DNA of 52,071 nt from Armatimonadota bacterium. GTDB lineage: Bacteria; Armatimonadota; Fimbriimonadia; Fimbriimonadales; GBS-DC. Under the pieces are notes generated by a model, which worked only from the letters and a program-made list of their open reading frames with translations, searched no databases and was not told the DNA's origin. Numbering within the stretch: position 1 is the first letter of the stretch; each line of letters starts with the position of its first letter. Of the stretch, positions 47,476-52,071 are shown one piece after another. The position numbers and the translations under genes were made by a program. The DNA is taken from contig JBBIML010000020.1 of the NCBI GenBank assembly GCA_037444405.1, positions 1-52,071 of the forward strand. Reading direction: 5' to 3'.

Positions 47476-48629
47476 TTCGCGTCCCGCATATTGCGCGGCA
47501 ACCGCTCCTGAACAGGCGGCAACGGCGGAAACGGCTTATGCGGCTCCGTCTGATACCAGTAAGCCACACTCGAATAGTCGTTCTCCTGCAGGTTCGCGTG
47601 CCCATGCTCGATACTCACCCGTATCGAGCGCGTGAACAGTATCGGATCCTCAATATGGAACCGATACGAGGTGCATTGATGCCTGTCGGGGAACTTCGGG
47701 TCATGCTCATAGATCGACGCGCCCGCGTAAAGATAGGCGCGCGGATGCATGCCCCATGCCTGCGAGAGGTAATCCTCGGAGCCAGTGCCGTGCAGGGAGG
47801 GCGGCCACGGCTCGCCGTCGATGAAAATCATATCGTCGCCCTCGCCCCACCAGGTGTATTCGCGGATCACCTGCTCCTGCGAGCCGAGCCGGCGAATCAC
47901 GGGCAAAGGATCGATGTTGTCCACCGACAGCACGCAGCCCACATAGTGCCCCGCGCCCTCCGCCTCCAGAATCAGGTAGTTCTCGGCGTCGCTCAGGTTC
48001 GGCGTATCGAGCAGCTCCCAGTAGTTGCGCCGCTGCTCGAACAGGTTGCCCTGCACACCGCGCGTCGGATACTCCTGACGATACTGGGCATGGAACCGCA
48101 AAATATTATCGGGCAATGGCGCGTCGTACTGCTCATAATCCACATAGTAATAGAACGAGCCGACCTCCACCTCGCACTCGTTGATAACCTCAATCCGTGC
48201 GCCCTGCGAGAAGGGCATCGGGAAGTAGCAGTTGAGCGCGACGCCGCCGCCATAGTTGCCCTCATTGCTCTCGCTGGTCACAGTGGTCAGCGGCAGCGAC
48301 ATAAACGAGCGGGCGATTCCGTGCCCCAGCCCGAAAAAGTCGCCCAGCGGACTCAGCACGCTCGGCTCCGATTCGCCGTCCCAGAACATGCGCAGCACCA
48401 GCTTGCGCAGATAGAGCCGATCGCGGCAGCCGACCGTGATCCAGATGTGCCGAATACAGCCAGCGCCCTGAATCTCGGCAAGAGTCGCCGTTTGACCCGC
48501 AGGAATGGTCAAAAAGTCGCGATTGCCGCCCGTGCGATCCCAGCTCGAAACGCGCTTCGTGCGCCCCTCCCGCCGATAAATCAGCCGCGACAGGGGACCC
48601 GCACCCTCAAAACCCTCCAGTGGTCTCAT
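47472..48629 (-). CDS. DUF2961 / GH172 family glycoside hydrolase
   Basis: SSWDRTGGNRD, GAGCIRHIW, PLGDFFG, WWGEGDD, GTGSEDY and YSSVAYWYQ; CAGGAGG RBS. Confidence 0.92.
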   Translation of the reverse strand: MRPLEGFEGAGPLSRLIYRREGRTKRVSSWDRTGGNRDFLTIPAGQTATLAEIQGAGCIRHIWITVGCRDRLYLRKLVLRMFWDGESEPSVLSPLGDFFGLGHGIARSFMSLPLTTVTSESNEGNYGGGVALNCYFPMPFSQGARIEVINECEVEVGSFYYYVDYEQYDAPLPDNILRFHAQYRQEYPTRGVQGNLFEQRRNYWELLDTPNLSDAENYLILEAEGAGHYVGCVLSVDNIDPLPVIRRLGSQEQVIREYTWWGEGDDMIFIDGEPWPPSLHGTGSEDYLSQAWGMHPRAYLYAGASIYEHDPKFPDRHQCTSYRFHIEDPILFTRSIRVSIEHGHANLQENDYSSVAYWYQTEPHKPFPPLPPVQERLPRNMRDAK

Positions 48630-48914
48630 CGATGTCGCCTCCTGCGACGGGAGATTCATCCTCAAACGGACGACTCCTGTCATGGGCAGGATTCCTCCAC
48701 CGACATCGCGAAAGAAAAAAAAACGATGCGGTTGCTGATGGTCGTGGCGTTGATGGGGCTGGCGGGGTGTGCCTGGTCCAATATGGGCACGGCTGTCGTG
48801 ATTGTCCACGCGCCGAATCGGCTTGCTCGCGACAGGCTATATGCCCATCGCGATTATAGAAACCCAATCATCGGGTTAGCCCTACCCCGACTGCGCGACC
48901 AGAATCTATTACTC

Positions 48915-49694
48915 TTATTCACGGACCTCAGGCAGGCTCCAGGGCGGTTTCAGGCGACCATCTGGCTCGCGTTCCAGCCGCACAATCGTCGGGTCGCGTG
49001 TGGCGACATGCCCGTCCACATGCAGCACATTCACGCCCTTGCCGTGAAAGGCGCGCAGGTTGCCCGCTTTCCAGTCGGCTGTCGCATCCAGGCGCCACAC
49101 CGCCAGCCGCGCGATGTAGCGGCTGCGTGCGGTGGGGGCGAACAGACCATCGTCGAAGCCCAGCACGAAGCCGTCGTTGCCGTTGAGAAGCGGCTGCGGG
49201 TCAAGCGTGCCCAGCTGACCACCCGCAACGCTATCAGCAATCAGAATCGTCTGACCCGGCTGCGCCACATCGGACACCTTGCGACCCGATAGCGGCGCAT
49301 AGAAGCCGTACGATAAGCCAATCGCACGGTTCGGGTCGCGCGGATGGCTGATTCGGGTGCTGCCGCCCAATGGGTCAGCAGGACATAGCAACACCCGCGC
49401 CGGGTCTTTGCGCACATAGCCGCTGATGCCCAGCGCCCAGCTGAGCGGGCGACCGCTCGCATCGAGCTGGGGCTGACCATCGCCCTGCGCATAATAGGCA
49501 ACGGGCAGACCACTCCCATAATCCATCTGATACAGGCTCAGCGCGGTGGCAATCTCCTTGAGATTGGAGAGGCAATCGGAGGTGCGCTTGATGTCCACCA
49601 GCTGCTGATAGAGCGGAATCAGCACCAGCAGCGCGACGACAGCTGCCGCACCAAGCGCGAGCTTCTCCAGACGGGACAGACCGAGGCGGTTCAT
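48915..49694 (-). CDS. DUF1559-like protein with H-X9-DG motif and degenerate prepilin N-terminus
   Basis: CLSNLKEIATAL..YQMDY, CPAD and FHGKGVNVLHVDGHV; N-terminus LGLSRLEKL instead of GFTLIE. Confidence 0.8.
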   Translation of the reverse strand: MNRLGLSRLEKLALGAAAVVALLVLIPLYQQLVDIKRTSDCLSNLKEIATALSLYQMDYGSGLPVAYYAQGDGQPQLDASGRPLSWALGISGYVRKDPARVLLCPADPLGGSTRISHPRDPNRAIGLSYGFYAPLSGRKVSDVAQPGQTILIADSVAGGQLGTLDPQPLLNGNDGFVLGFDDGLFAPTARSRYIARLAVWRLDATADWKAGNLRAFHGKGVNVLHVDGHVATRDPTIVRLEREPDGRLKPPWSLPEVRE

Positions 49695-50689
49695 CGCGGG
49701 TTCGCGGGGCTGTAGGAGAGGCGCTGATCGTCCCAGAAGCCCATCTCGCGCAGCAGCTGGGCAGCCTCCTCGCGCTTCACAATCAGGTCCGTGCCGCGCC
49801 CGTTGCGCACGGGCAGCGTCTCGGTGCGGATGCTCTCCTGCGGCAACTCGCGGGCAAACAGCGCCAGCGCCAGAATCTGCTCGTAATCCAGTGTGGTGCG
49901 CGTGTGGCGCAGCGCGGCACTCAAAATATAGGGCGCCCGCATCCACACCGATGGCTGCCGCAATCGCTCCTTGACCGCCCGCAAAAACTTCTGCTGACGC
50001 TGAATACGGTGGAAGTCGCTATCCGAGTGGCGGAACCGCACATAGCCCAGCGCCTGTGTGCCGTTGAGATGCTGCACGCCCGGCTCCAGATCAATATGCA
50101 AATCGCCCCAGTTATCGTGATAATGCATCGGCTTCTCCACCTCGATCGTCACGCCGCCCATCGCGTCGACCGCCTCCACAAAGCCTTTATAGCTCACAAT
50201 CACAAGGTGATCGATTTTGATATTGCCCAGCAGGGTACTGACCGTTTCGGCGAGCAGCTGGGGTCCGCCCAGCACATGCGCGGCGTTGATTTTGCCCCAG
50301 CCGTGGCGGGGGATTCGCACCAGCGTGTCGCGTGGGATGGAGAGGGCATCCACGCGCCGATTGCGGAAGTCGAAACGCGCCACCATGATGGTGTCGGTAC
50401 GGGCAGCCGTATTGACCACGCGCTTACGGCGGTCACGGTTCTCGTCCGCGCCGACCACCAGCACCGTGACGGCATCCTGCGCGGGGAAGGCGACCTCCGG
50501 GCGCGTTTCACCCTTCACATAGGCAATAATGGCGCGTCGCACCGTGCCCTCGCCCGCAAAAGAGAGGTAGCCCAGCATCGCGCCCAGCAGCAGCCCGAAC
50601 AGCCAGAAGATCGACCAGAAGATTGCCCACAGCACGCGCCGCGCCCGCCTCCGTGCAGGCGCCGCCCGCCGATTGCGTCCCACCTCCAT
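49691..50689 (-). CDS. LCP (LytR-CpsA-Psr) family protein
   Basis: VLVVGAD, RTDTIMV, LSIPRDT, KINAAH, YVRFRH and DFHRIQRQQ. Confidence 0.95.
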   Translation of the reverse strand: MEVGRNRRAAPARRRARRVLWAIFWSIFWLFGLLLGAMLGYLSFAGEGTVRRAIIAYVKGETRPEVAFPAQDAVTVLVVGADENRDRRKRVVNTAARTDTIMVARFDFRNRRVDALSIPRDTLVRIPRHGWGKINAAHVLGGPQLLAETVSTLLGNIKIDHLVIVSYKGFVEAVDAMGGVTIEVEKPMHYHDNWGDLHIDLEPGVQHLNGTQALGYVRFRHSDSDFHRIQRQQKFLRAVKERLRQPSVWMRAPYILSAALRHTRTTLDYEQILALALFARELPQESIRTETLPVRNGRGTDLIVKREEAAQLLREMGFWDDQRLSYSPANPR

Positions 50690-50839
50690 GCTCCTCGCTC
50701 GCATAGCCGCCCTCAAGGATACCCCATCGAGCAGCCTCTCCCGCTGCACCCGCGACTGAAAACCTGCCCCCCGAATCGAGCCACAACCCCACACAAAGCG
50801 CGAAAAACCCCGAAAATCCCCCATCGAAAAGGGCAAATT

Positions 50840-50882
50840 GGGACTTTAGTCCCTACCATCGGGCGAAAAAGTGTGGTATAAT
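50840..50882 (+). promoter_or_regulatory. Palindromic operator plus extended -10 promoter
   Basis: GGGACT-TT-AGTCCC (50840-50853); TGGTATAAT (50874-50882); A-tracts upstream. Confidence 0.7.
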
Positions 50883-51020
50883 AGGACTGGTATCGTCAAG
50901 AGAGGACAGAGCTGACGGCGAGACTCAAGAGACGCCAGCAACACCTATTTTGAGCCAGATGCCCTCAGACCGTCTTCTGTGAACCGATGCCCCATTCCAA
51001 AAGAACGGAGGATTCATACC

Positions 51021-52071
51021 ATGCGAACGATTAGCTGCGGTATAGGGCTTGTGATGTTGCTGGCGCTTGCGTGCGCCCAGCCGTTTACCTATCAGGGGTT
51101 CCTGCGCACAAGCGGCAACCCCGCGAACGGCGCTTACGACTTTCGCTTCCGACTGTACGACGCTCCAACAGGGGGCGCGCAGGTCGGAACCGACCAGTTT
51201 GCGAACGACCTGACTGTGCAAGATGGCTTGTTCACGACGGCGATTGACTTCGGTGCGGTGTGGACGGGCGCGGATCGGTATCTGGAGGTTGCGGTGCGTC
51301 CGGGCAGCAGCACGGGCGCGTATACGGTGCTTGCGCCGCGCGTGAGGATTAGCCCGACGCCGTATGCGATTCGCGCGGCGACGGCGGGCGTGGCGAACCC
51401 GATTGGCGCGGCGGGGGGCGATTTGAGCGGGAGCTACCCGAACCCGACGGTAGCGCGGCTACAGGGGCGCGCGGTGTCGTCGTCGGCGCCGAGCAGTGGG
51501 CAGGTGCTGAAGTGGGACGGCAGCGCGTGGGCGCCTGCGAGCGACGACATCGGGACGAGTCTCTGGCAGGCGTCGGGGAGCGACATTTTCTACACCGCGG
51601 GGAATGTGGGGATTGGAACCAGCATTCCTCTCTATCGCCTGCATGTGGAGACGAATGCGAGCAATCGTGCCATCTTCGGGCTTCATACCGCGACCAGCGG
51701 CGTGAACTACGGCGTGTATGGGCAAAGCGTCAGCCCTGATGGCAGGGGCGTGATCGGCTGGGCAACCGCCGCCACAGGCGCGACCTACGGCGTGTATGGG
51801 CAAAGCGACAGCACCTCAGGCACGGGCGTGGTCGGCTGGGCAACCGCCGCCAGCGGCTCCACCTACGGCGTGTTAGGGCTAAGCGCCAGCACCTCAGGCA
51901 CGGGCGTGTACGGCTTGGCAAGCTCGACCAGCGGCGCGGGCTACGGCGTGTATGGGCGAAGCGCCAGCCCCTATGGCTACGGCGTCTTCTCGGCTGGACG
52001 CTTCGCCGCTACAGGCACGAAGTCGTTCCAGATCGACCACCCGCTCCGCCCCGAAACGCACTACCTGAACC
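51021..52071 (+). CDS. Secreted tail-fibre/adhesin-like protein, cut off by the window end (absent from the ORF track)
   Basis: Own translation: signal peptide, FTYQGFL..G.PANGAYDFRFRLYDA, GGDLSGSYPNPTV, GQVLKWDGSAW, GNVGIGT, GVYG repeats and KSFQIDHPL; GGAGG RBS. Confidence 0.85.
   Translation, partial: MRTISCGIGLVMLLALACAQPFTYQGFLRTSGNPANGAYDFRFRLYDAPTGGAQVGTDQFANDLTVQDGLFTTAIDFGAVWTGADRYLEVAVRPGSSTGAYTVLAPRVRISPTPYAIRAATAGVANPIGAAGGDLSGSYPNPTVARLQGRAVSSSAPSSGQVLKWDGSAWAPASDDIGTSLWQASGSDIFYTAGNVGIGTSIPLYRLHVETNASNRAIFGLHTATSGVNYGVYGQSVSPDGRGVIGWATAATGATYGVYGQSDSTSGTGVVGWATAASGSTYGVLGLSASTSGTGVYGLASSTSGAGYGVYGRSASPYGYGVFSAGRFAATGTKSFQIDHPLRPETHYLN
51708..51990 (+). repeat. 78-bp (26-aa) coding tandem repeat
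   Basis: TACGGCGTGT recurs at 51708, 51786, 51864 and 51942. Confidence 0.85.

Noticed and set aside
50900..50975. Glycine or SAM-I riboswitch
   Set aside because: Only fragments resemble them; the glycine CCGAAG core and the SAM-I architecture are missing.
51708..51990. CRISPR or non-coding repeat array
   Set aside because: The 78-bp period is in frame and encodes a 26-aa protein repeat.

Overview
High-GC bacterial chromosome segment with about 42 protein genes, one tRNA-Thr(CGT), no rRNA, no CRISPR array and no transposase. PEP-CTERM, dockerin-like C-termini, prepilin/H-X9-DG proteins and a lipid A acyltransferase suggest a diderm such as Armatimonadota (inference). Housekeeping genes (tpx, ribE, folP, lpxL-like, moxR, glgA, fliA/whiG, remA-like, larB, rodA, intein-containing gyrA, LCP) are mixed with secreted or orphan proteins. 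Main points of interest: (1) a three-gene porin-cytochrome module (5x Ig-like lipoprotein with a terminal heme domain, a decaheme DmsE/MtrA and an MtrB/PioB-like porin); (2) GTAG-type REP hairpins sitting between 20-26 bp direct duplications, a long target-duplication signature seen three times, once in frame in a signal peptide; (3) an orphan two-gene unit behind gyrA whose RBS and start codon lie in a hairpin; (4) a DosR-box-like palindrome and a structured leader before a tail-fibre-like secreted protein; (5) a MITE-like element, a degenerate FlhG relic and a McsB-like kinase lacking the usual catalytic Cys. All calls come from motif reading by eye; no searches were run. Many starts were moved from the ORF track using RBS or -10 evidence.
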